A DNA stretch of 62,946 nt, counting the filler, from Asterionella formosa (Eukaryota), in NCBI GenBank assembly GCA_002256025.1. It is 22 parts of 22 records of this genome, joined end to end, with 100 filler letters (N's around TTAATTAATTAA, not from the genome) between each part and the next. Parts side by side here need not be neighbours in the genome. Positions count along the whole stretch, not along the records: positions 48,759 to 51,520 come from NKIB01014865.1; positions 51,621 to 54,379 come from NKIB01014866.1; positions 54,480 to 57,237 come from NKIB01014867.1; positions 57,338 to 60,094 come from NKIB01014868.1; positions 60,195 to 62,946 come from NKIB01014870.1; 17 more parts are not named here. The stretch is one strand, 5' to 3'. Under the pieces are notes generated by a model, which saw only the letters and a list, made by a program, of their open reading frames with translations, was not told where the DNA came from and ran no database searches. Position 1 is the first letter of the stretch. Every line of letters starts with the position of its first letter. This document shows positions 49,911-60,896 of this stretch, one piece after another. Position numbers and translations under genes: made by a program.

Positions 49911-51771
49911 CACCATCAGTTGAATTCCCGCTAGTATTGGGTTCAAGTATCAGTAGTAGTAGTAATCATGCAGTCTAGATACTGGAAAAGTTGGGTAGCA
50001 TCATCACTAGTAGTAGTACTAGTTCTCACTAGAATAGTAGTGAGGGTACACCTATGATAGAGTGGTACCATGTCGATTCAAGCACCAAGTTCGACCTTAC
50101 CGTACCTTTTGGCAGCGACCCTACTACTAGTACGACTGCATCAGGTGTAGTAGTATTCATACTAGGACAAGGTTAGGCTGCATTCAAGCAATTCTTATTC
50201 CTATAAAGATGTGGAGGACCGAGCCTAATGGTGAATGAAATTTACTATCCCCCCCCTAAATAAGGAAGGAATGGTTGGGGTGATGCTAAACAAATTCATT
50301 AGTCAAGAGTATGCTGGCTTGTTACTTGGGGAATTTGAGGAAAATAATCAAAAGTATCGTCAATACTAGCTACTAGGCGAGGATGAAATTGTGTTGATAC
50401 AGATACAGTTATTGAGGTCTATGGTTTTTCACTTAAAAGCCGCTGACTTCAAGTACCTTCCTAGTCTACTTCGAATATAGGGAGACTAAACAAGGCCTGG
50501 AATTAAAATCACTATGGCCCTTCAGTTTGAATTTGCTGTGAATGGGCTTAAAGTTATGCATCCAAACTATAACAATTCATCTGGATGACTTGAGAGCCAA
50601 CCAAAAGAATAGAAAATACGTAGAAAGATCTCCATCCCTGCGCAATACATTGATTGTTCCAGCAGATGGGGGGTCCCTTGGTCCCTTTCCACATCTGCAA
50701 ATAAAAAGTATCATGCATATAGGATCAAGGGTATCGTACGCTAAGTGGCACAGGATTTTCGTATATATGATAATTTTTGGATCAAAAATATGATCAAGGT
50801 ATCTTGTAACTATGATGATTTATTAATATTTTACCGACCTTGAAGTATAATGATAATAAGAACATTATCATCACACAATGTATATAAACTGATCAACAAC
50901 ATTTCCCATCAATACTATCATAAACCTTCTCATATTATTTTCACTTCTCATGATCGCCCGATGTAAATTATAACTACAACGTATCCTAAAACCAGCTCAA
51001 CTCTATGCTATCATGTGAATTGTTTCATCGTAAATCTACCGTAAACATGATCATAATTCTAATCACAAGCATTGTTCAAAATAGATTGAAATGGATCGTA
51101 ATTTAACTATCAAATTAAGCAATGCTATCTATTAATCTACATGCCAGCGACCCAATGTTTCTCTCTCTACTCGGCTCAATGTATATTGTTCCTGTCTCAC
51201 CCTTTTCTTCCTCTTTTCTGAATCTTGTGCCAAGCTTGTGCCAAGCAATGCCTTACTAATGTTGTGTCTCTCTCCCTGCTGTTAGTGTCATTGTGAACTC
51301 GACGGCTATTCCGTTTGATCGGTTTTATTTTCCTATGCATGCAGTTACAGTAACAATGAGAAGGAATGATTTGTTAGCTAGTCATGTTACATTGACACAA
51401 GAACACGCAATTCCATCGTATCCTCTTGCTTCACTTACCACAAATCAATGCAACTGATGCATAAGTCTGTAATAGTAACTTGTCAGTAAGCCAAATTCTT
51501 GAATAAGTAAGTTTCGGGTANNNNNNNNNNNNNNNNNNNNNNNNNNNNNNNNNNNNNNNNNNNNTTAATTAATTAANNNNNNNNNNNNNNNNNNNNNNNN
51601 NNNNNNNNNNNNNNNNNNNNGGTACGGCGAGCGACGTCCAGAGGAGGAGCTGTTCCGTCTGTCGATCACACCTACTTACTGCTTACTACTTTCTCAAAGC
51701 CTTGGTACCAGCTGCAGTTTACTTGCTCTCCTGATCTCCATTGTCAAACTTACCGTGCGTCACCTTTCACG

Positions 51772-52779
51772 ATGGCTATTGTGAGTTATTGAATTCGTTT
51801 CTTGACAGGATACCTTCTCAGCTATATTAGTTTCATGGGTGTATGTAGTGTGGCGGACGGGGAAGGTGATGGTTACACAATGGATCCAGTTTCTGTCAGG
51901 GAACCGCATGGGCCTGCCTTACCTCCGTTGGCTGTGCACTTGCTTTTATTTCTTCCTCCTCCCATGACACTTTACTGACCCCTCGTTCTTCTGCACTAAC
52001 AGGGAAAGAACAAGCGATTGACAAAGAGTAAGAAGGGATCCCGTAAAAAGGCCCTGGACCCCTTTCTCAAGAAGGAATGGTACAACCTCATTGCACCTTC
52101 GATGTTCTCCAACAAGGAGTGCGGAAAGACCCTAATTACCAAGACACAGGGAACCAAGATTGCCTCTGACTACCTCAAGGGTCGTGTTGTGGAAATGTCC
52201 CTTGCCGACCTGAACAAGAATGAGGCACTGGCCTTCCGTAAGATTAAGCTTTCTATTGAGGACGTTCAGGGATACAACTGCCTCCTCAATTTCCACGGAA
52301 TGGACATGACCCGTGACAAGCTCTGTAGTCTGATCCGTAAGAAGCAATCCATCATTGAAGGTTCAGTGGATTGCCGCACCACTGACGGGTACATGGTTCG
52401 TATGTTTTGCATTGCCTTCACTAAGCCACAGGACAATCAAATCAAGAGCACTTGTTACGCCAAGTCAGCTCAGATGCGTGCCATCAGATCAAAGATGACT
52501 ACTATCATGTCTGAATTGGGAAGCAAAGGAGACCTCCGATCATTGGTGAAGGAGCTAATCTCTGCTCCTATCGGAGAGGAAATAGCAAAACAAGCATCTG
52601 GAATCTTTCCAGTCAAGGACTGTTACATCCGCAAGGTCAAAGTTCTCAAGAAGCCAAAGTTCGATGTTACTGCTCTTATGGAGTGGCACAGTGCTGAGGA
52701 CGCAACTGACGTCGGAAAGGCCGTCGCTCCCATCGTCAAGGAAGAGACACTTGTCGCCGGAAGTGGAGGACGTCTATAA
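51772..52779 (+). CDS. RPS3A: 40S ribosomal protein S3a (eS1); exons 51772-51780 and 52003-52779
   Basis: [57 protein letters not shown] and [13 protein letters not shown]. Intron GTGAGT...CTAAC.AG. Confidence 0.97.
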
Positions 52780-53267
52780 GCAAACAACACACAATAAAAA
52801 GAATAGTACCCAGATTTAGTTGCATACCCCATGTGATTTGTTCCATGTTTTCTCTAAAGCTCACATTTCTAGCATGCACACTAAGCCATATTGCCCTTTT
52901 GGCTATTAGTATTATGCATCCCAAAACCGCACTGGCAAGCCACCACCTGTAATTATTTCCCCCGAAGTCTCCCTGCTTTCTTGGATTTGTCTACATTGAT
53001 TTATTGCTATGCTGAGTGAGAAAAGGAACTTAAGATAGAAAACCGGTGTACGATTCTATAATTTATTCCTGAAATCGGGGGAAGCATGAATTGGTTGTCC
53101 ATTTGTTGTGACAAAACTCAACGTTATGATTGCTACTGTGCCCAAGGAGCATTTCATCGACCATCAAATATAAAAGTCATTTCCACTCTCTAAGACAAAT
53201 GTTACAAGAAACCAAACATAACCTGGTTCATTCCTAACGTTAAGGGTTAAGGCAAACATTTAGTCTT

Positions 53268-54290
53268 TCAATCGTCGTCGCCATCGCCCTCTCTTCCAGT
53301 TGCCCACCTGTATCCCTCCTTGTAGGCCCATAGCGTAAACTTTTGCACATTGTGCACAGTAGTTGGCACCTGATTGACGATCCGGTCAGCTGAATCGAAC
53401 CATTTGCGAGGAAACTCCCGACTGGAAACTTCCTGCACCACAAACAGAGAATTTTGATATGCGTGAGTGAGAATCAATGAAGCCTTTTCGGCAACTTTCA
53501 TCACGCCCGCTTGGATAGACTCCACTGTCAGCATTGAGGTGTTGGTGGAAGTGACGGATGCATGCGATTGTTGCAATTTCGACTTGCTGTCCGGCTGACG
53601 AGCGGTATTCTCGCTTTCGTCGTCAACTCCTTCCACTAATCCAGCTAGGCGCACAGCGTTCTTCCCGAAATGCAGGTCACTGTAAATGAATGAATTTTGG
53701 CTTGATGCTGCATCTCTAAAGGAGCAACCAAACGAACATCTAGGTACAACAGCTGCAATTTCTTCCTGTTGCGTGTCGACGTGTTTCAAGATAACAACTT
53801 CTACCTCCGTACTTCCATACAAATCCCAATCATGGTAGGAGGTTGATTGAGCGGCTCGTTCTTGCTTTTGTGTGGTCTCCTGAAGCTCGTTCTTGTTCTC
53901 TTCATAAATCATGGCATCTCGCTCCATTATTCTAGTGAGTTCCTTGTCTGTGTGTTGGAATGTGTCCGCCATCTCTGGGGGTGGGATCGGTGCAAATGCG
54001 TCAATCGCTTGCCGCCGAGTCGAAGGTCTAATGTCCCTGACGTGTTCTAAATGAGTGGCGAAGCCCCGACACACACCCTCTGATCCAGGAAGGTCGGACG
54101 TCAGCTGAAGTTTGCCATAGCACCGATATCGATAGACACTGGGATGATAGAGTGCTTGTCCTTTTTGCTCTAAACGGAACAATCGTTCTGCTTCACGTTG
54201 GCGTGCCAAATCGTCCTTCATCTTGTCTCTCATTCGCCGCATGGCCTCCATGGGATCTCTGGGGTCTCTGCTACTGTTGCTGCTGTTCAT
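53268..54290 (-). CDS. Hypothetical protein (340 aa, single exon)
   Basis: Long uninterrupted ATG-initiated ORF with coding-like composition, convergent with RPS3A. No family recognised. Confidence 0.75.
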   Translation of the reverse strand: MNSSNSSRDPRDPMEAMRRMRDKMKDDLARQREAERLFRLEQKGQALYHPSVYRYRCYGKLQLTSDLPGSEGVCRGFATHLEHVRDIRPSTRRQAIDAFAPIPPPEMADTFQHTDKELTRIMERDAMIYEENKNELQETTQKQERAAQSTSYHDWDLYGSTEVEVVILKHVDTQQEEIAAVVPRCSFGCSFRDAASSQNSFIYSDLHFGKNAVRLAGLVEGVDDESENTARQPDSKSKLQQSHASVTSTNTSMLTVESIQAGVMKVAEKASLILTHAYQNSLFVVQEVSSREFPRKWFDSADRIVNQVPTTVHNVQKFTLWAYKEGYRWATGREGDGDDD

Positions 54291-54479
54291 TGATGCACTT
54301 TAGTCCGTTGTTTAGGCAGTAGTTGTAGAATTTGCTGCGAACTGTTGAGTTCTTGCTGAACAGAGCAGTCATGTAATTCNNNNNNNNNNNNNNNNNNNNN
54401 NNNNNNNNNNNNNNNNNNNNNNNTTAATTAATTAANNNNNNNNNNNNNNNNNNNNNNNNNNNNNNNNNNNNNNNNNNNN

Positions 54480-54766
54480 AAACAAATGTTACATATTAAG
54501 TGAACTTTATTCTAGAATTATGTGAACGAAATTACAGAATTACGTGAAGTATTTCAAATAATTATGTGAAGGTGATCACATAATATAGTGATGATCAGGA
54601 ATGCATCCATGATACTTTGATCAAATATTTAACGTGATGTATTCAGATAATATATAGATGTATTCAACTACGTTTTTTGATGTATTCAACTAATTCATGT
54701 GATGCATTCAAAATCAACTAGGCTTATTTATGTGATGGTCACTTCACGTAATACGCGGCTTAGATG
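54480..54766 (-). mobile_element. Terminus B of the CATCTAAGCCGC TIR family
   Basis: Ends ...cacgtaatacgcggcttagatg and is homologous to 41548-41850. Confidence 0.85.
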
Positions 54767-54789
54767 ATTGGTCAATAAAATTTTGATTA

Positions 54790-55410
54790 TCTGATTGTAG
54801 TAGTTGTTGATGCTAATGCCCGCTGCCTTGGATTGCCTTTAGTTATTCAATATGTTGTTAGTTGGTTCAAATGGCGCTGTTGAATGCTGCGCTGCTGTCA
54901 GTTTTTTGTAGTATTCCATTCATTGTAGATGCTGCTGTTCTGATAAACGTTGTTGCTGATGTTAATGTCTACTGCCACGTCGTTTTTGTTATTCCATTCA
55001 TTGTAGATGTTGTTATTCCGATTTTCATGGTTGTTGGTGCTCATGTCTGCCGCCTTGGATTGTCTTGAGTTATTCATTGTGTCATTGTGCTGTTCACATG
55101 GCACTGGTGACTGCTGTGCTGTACCTGCTGCATGCTTCTTGGGATTTTTTGAATTCTGTTATTTGTAGATTCTTCTGTGATTCTGATTGTTGTTGATGAT
55201 GATGCTAATACCCGCTGCCTTGGATTGCCTTGAGTTATTCATTGTGTTGTTAGCTGATTCATTTGGCACTGTTGAGGACTGCTGTGCTGTCCATGCTGCA
55301 ATATTATTTTGCAGAGTTTTTTGTATTCCATTCATTATGGATGATGCTGCTTTTCTGATTATCATTGTTGTTGATGTTAATGTCCACTGCCTTTTTGAAT
55401 TGTCTTGAGA
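54790..55410 (-). repeat. Degenerate Asn-rich tandem repeat (NNTMNNSRQSKAAG); related copy at ~26870-27050
   Basis: gccttggattg(c/t)ctt(g/t)agttattca recurs near 54825, 55050 and 55215. Its reverse complement appears at ~26997-27022. Confidence 0.75.
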
Positions 55411-58400
55411 TATGATTCATTGCATCTTTAGTCCGTTCATATGATACAGTCGACTATGCTGTCCCTGCTGCTTTGCTTGTGGCGACTTTGATAGTATTCT
55501 TGTGGTGTTCTGTATTCCCTTCATTTCCAATGTATCAATTGTCATTAATATTGCTGCTGGTGTCCACTGCCATGTATTCTCTTTAGATTTTGGTCTTGTT
55601 ATAAGAATGCAGTGACAGCAGCGCAAATTTGTTCATTGTAAGGGTCACGACCTGATGAGTGCTTGCGTGGATGATTGAAGAACAAGAATCATGTTTATTG
55701 CTTGTATGAACAGTCTCATGGTCAGCAGCTCCTCCAGCAGCATTGTTGTGAGAATCATTTCGACTGCATTGTAGTTTGTTTCATGTTGGGGTGCACTCAT
55801 GAGCAGCAAGTATTTTGCCTCTGCTTTGAAATCAATAATTGTATTATTGTTTGTCACCATTCCGCTTGTGTTCAGTGCGTCGCTAAATGATGCTACAACT
55901 GCAACATTCAAAGTGTTTTCCATTATAGTCATATTGTGGGGGATGGGGGTTCAGGTATCCACCATGGTGGGGAGGAGGTACCATTCAACCAGAGCGCTAC
56001 GTAGCTTCACCTGTAGGCTCCTGGTACACTTTAAGATGTAGTAACATAGGCCGTTGCTAACGGTGGACCAAAACGCAAATTATTCAGTCTTACGTAATGT
56101 GTGGATTGAGGTACATCATAAAAATATTTTGGGAAAGAACGGACCTCGCAAAGAAGATTTCAACACCCAAACATGTCGTATGTACTTCATCCGTTGGGGT
56201 TGATCGTCTTGCTTCGTATTTTGTGCACCGTAAGCAAGATGCACGCCAACAAACCAAGTTCCTTCCGAGCAACTTACTACTACGGGGAGTTCTACTGTGT
56301 ATTTGAAGTGTTACTAGCACCTGGAAGGTCCGGAAATCGAGATATTTAGCTTAATCTGCACTTAAGTAAAAACCGTGTATCACCTTCCTCGGTAAAACAC
56401 GTTCTTTGTTGATGCAAAGATTAGCTAAATATTTCGATTACCGGACCCTCTTTGGTAAATAAAGTACATCGTGGTACCAGGCACCTTGTTGTTGTGGTAA
56501 AATACAAAATACATGTACATACGAGTGGTCGCTGTGTACCGGTCGTAGGTACCTGGTACCAGGTACCAGGTACTTGCCAACTGGACTGGTTAACTGATAT
56601 TTACCGTATATAGTACTGTTAGACTACCGTATTACCAGTATAGATACCGGTAGTTGGAATATCATACCATTTCGAGTCGATCGTCTGGTGACATTTAGTT
56701 TCCACAAACGCTGCCGTCTGCATTCATCGTCGTTGATCAATCCTTCGCGCTCCTCTATTACTTGTGCTTTCTTGATTCGTTTGCATACCGCCAGCTGGAG
56801 ACACAGATTCGATTCCCGACATTGTTCAAGTTGTAGAAAAACAATATAAATAATGTGTGGTGATACAGGGGAAACGTCAAGAATGTGCGCATATTTTTCG
56901 TTCGTGGGAAGTCTTTTCATGGTACGTAGTCAATGGTGCTCTCGATGATTGTGCAGGCGCCAGCCGTGTATTGTTCGATACATGTAATGGCTGATACGGG
57001 CTCGCGGTAAATGCTCTGCTTGTCGCATTAGCAGATTAGCAACCAATTGCTTTTCGCCAATGACCCTTTGTGTCTGTGCGTCCAACAAAGGCACCTTCCT
57101 TGCTGCAAAGCGCACAAGTGAGGGAAGCAGTAGTCTATTCTTTATGCATGTGCAAGGCCTATGGTCATAGTGATAGCTGGAACAACCCCTTTGAAGGTGC
57201 CAAGTGCAGATCGGGGCTTAAACGCCATGTCATGCTCNNNNNNNNNNNNNNNNNNNNNNNNNNNNNNNNNNNNNNNNNNNNTTAATTAATTAANNNNNNN
57301 NNNNNNNNNNNNNNNNNNNNNNNNNNNNNNNNNNNNNGATTTCGCTTCAAACCTGTCATGATGGACGACGATTGGCATGGCTGGTGAAAGGTGAATTGCC
57401 GGAGTCCACCAGCCACTTGTCAGGAGACGAACAAAAACGAGGTGAATTTTTGATATAAATTATTGAATAAACTGTAGAGTATATAAATTGGTTTCCTTAA
57501 GTATACCCCTTGCCGATTTCGGCAATCCCAGGGCTGGAAAACCGAGGGGCAATTGGCGTCTGTTGTCTTGCCAAAATGCGAACATATGAAATATACAAAA
57601 TATATTTCAATGATGGGCAATATCGGACCCATTGCAAATTTCGATGTGAAAATAGGAAATATACGAAATTAATTTTATACAATGGGCTATAGTGAGCTAA
57701 AATTGACATTTATGATTTATTTGTGGGCAGTAGGTAAGCGAATGACGCGTTGATAGCTAGAGCGGGAATTGCCTCAACAATACCCTTCTTGGCGGCTACT
57801 TGCCTTGCTTCTTGTCTGGCGCTGCAAGCAGTTCACCCTACAAGTGCCATCCCAGTCGATTAGACATCTATATTTTCAGGCAAGAGATCACTTTGGGCGT
57901 GTCTTGACTTAAAAAAAAAATATAAATATGATAGATCACACACATATCATAAAATATCATACATAAAAAGTAATTGATCAATCACCTTTTTTGTGATTGA
58001 TCATAATCATACATATGGTTGCTCACATGCATTTTTTCATCTTATCAAATAGATTTTTTATGTCTAATTGACGATATAGTCATATTAAACAATGTTTTTT
58101 ATTTCTTTTCTTTAGTGAAGAAAGCACCCCGGCCTGCCACTCCTGCACCTTGATCAAGTGATCAGACAGTGGCATTACGAGCAATAAATTACAGTACAGG
58201 AAAATGCAGCAAGACACTTACCTCTACTATGAAAGATAGATTCTTCAAGGAATTGTCAAGCAATCATCCTAGTACCCTTGTCTCCCTTGGATAATTTAAC
58301 CCCAACCAGTCCTACAGTAACATTCCATGTAGATGGTTCTATTTGTTGTTCTGTGGCAATCACCTACCAGCCACCAAGTCAATTAATTGCAATGAGTGAG

Positions 58401-60896
58401 TCCTCAACTTTGCCATTTCTTCAAAAAGAAATCGAACCTAGTTTGTGATGCTGCTGCTTGTTGTGATGAAGACATCGCGAGTACAATGTATCAACCGAAC
58501 ACTGTCCAAACTTTGCTCAAGACCCTTTTCCAAGTATTCTCCCATCAATACATGCATTCCATACTCCCTCACAAAAGATTTCAATCAAGAGGGTGAGATG
58601 CACTCTTTATTTAAGAGGAACATGGGGAATCCATACAAGCATCATCCATTGGAGGAGTACAGGCAGGCACAAACCATTAGCATCGCATTTCGATGTTGAC
58701 GAGGATGCAAAGCTACTATTTCTGAGTCTTATGTTTTGAGGACTACAACGACTGAATCAAGTCTATTGTATGGAAGATGGAAAAGCCATGCATTTGGGTG
58801 TCAGGGGTCAATTGATATGTCAGCATTCTCATTCGATAAGGTGACCATTGGTATTTTGAATGGCCTTCGCACTGTGGTCCTTCATCCCAGTGACACACCA
58901 AAAACACTTACTCTACTACAGAATACCGAGCATAGGTATGACAGTTTACACAAGCTCATGATGATTGAGGACATGTGCAACCCTAATTGCATTGTGAAAC
59001 TTGTACATCACTACCATGATAACCTTTGCTCTTCTAAGATGATTGCTAGCAATTAACCATTTTTTCGAAGGAGAGCTCCTGGGAAGGAACTTAAGATAAG
59101 TGCTGGACTTCATTGTTTATAATATTTACTACTTGATGATCATGTTACTAACATATATTTGCAATGCTTGCTATAATTGCTTGTTCTATTTGATTCTATA
59201 CTTACACAGATGACATAAACTAGGTATTGTTATGAAGCTGGGCACAAGTTTGGGGACTGTTTTGGAAAAGGTTATGCAACTAGGATATGCAAGACCTTGC
59301 AACTGCTTCTGGAATGGAGAAGCCAGATTTCTTGCACTACTCATGCTGGCAGGAGAAAGAGCATGATCTCTGATCAGATAAAGTCAACTGATTCCATTCG
59401 AAACAAGATTGCTCTTGATAAGAAATCTAGGCACTCTTCCGCCGAAATTAACTCCAGATATCAGTACCCTTCAGTGGAGATGCAACACCAGGCTTGTGTT
59501 GCTGTTTTTGAAATGGTCAAGAGTGCTTTCCCACCTGAAACTCCTCAATCAGTTTCATCCTCTTCCGTAGCAGCTACAGTCATGCCCTCTACATCAACTC
59601 CTGTTTGTTGATGTGTTGTAACTCCTGCCATTCCACAAGCTCAACCAGCCCCCCCCTCCCCCCCAATACTTCTTGGCATCCAACCAACACCCTCTGCCAT
59701 CTCCTCCAGTGCCAAAAACATATTATATTGTCTCTGCCTATCATCCCTCTTCCTCCAACCTATTCATCCCACCCTCCTACTACCCAACACCAAGCTACCA
59801 TCATCAGCTTTTATATGTCATCGAGCCCCCCTCCCCTTCTTCCTCCTGCCGAAAACTATCAGCACCAATTAGCACTTGTACCAAACATCTATTTTCAAAC
59901 GGTTGCTCCACAATCTCCATCACCACAAGTCATTATCATTCCAGCACCTACTACTTGTTCCGAAAAGATTTATTTATCAGTTGCTGTTCCTCCAGGCACA
60001 ATCTCACATTTCTGACATTTCAATTCGACGACAACAAAAAATGTGTAGTCAGAGGTTAAGGTCGCTAAGCATCAGTATTCAAAGACTTATTGTTNNNNNN
60101 NNNNNNNNNNNNNNNNNNNNNNNNNNNNNNNNNNNNNNTTAATTAATTAANNNNNNNNNNNNNNNNNNNNNNNNNNNNNNNNNNNNNNNNNNNNATATAC
60201 ATGTAAACAAGTAGTCCTAAGTATACTCTGCCATTATCCCGATTCCATTCCCGGGATAAAATCTAAGCATACGGTACATGAATATACGTGGACTGATAAA
60301 TTTGTCATAAATACCCCAGTGTAAAAGCATGTCTAGAATTTGTAAAAACTGTGTGTAGTATCAGAAACTCCGAATGCCTGGCACCCAGTTGCCTACTGGT
60401 AGTACGAACCCCAAGTTAATAACAGAATGTCAGTAATTGGGTACTGGCATACCTGGTTCCAGGTACCAGGATACCAGCAAGTTGCGGTAATTTTGCTGAA
60501 GCTAAAGATTTAGCTATCTTTAGCAAAATGACCGCACCTTGCAGGTACTAGCGGTAGCTAACCTGGCTCGTACCACCTCGTGATACCTGAGTACAAGGTA
60601 CCAGGGTACCTCGTAACTGGTTCCTGGTACGGAGTAACAAAACAAGTGCTCAGTAGCTGGTATGGTACCTGTTACCAGGGTACCTTGTACCCAACGACTG
60701 GTTGTGGTACAAGATACAAGTACATACTAAGTATTGTTCTATCCATCAGAGCTAATGATACATGCATAGAAGACTAAATACTTTAATGAACAAGATGGAG
60801 TACCAGGTACCAGGGTACCAGCGAGTTGCGGTACCGGTAATTCTGCTGAAACTAAATAATTCGCTATCTTTAATCTATATCTAATTGTTTTTTTCA

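Noticed and set aside
57338..60094. Short ORFs and a Pro-rich stretch in contig 21
   Set aside because: No recognisable domain and frames are frequently interrupted. Probably a decayed TE or gene, but unassignable.
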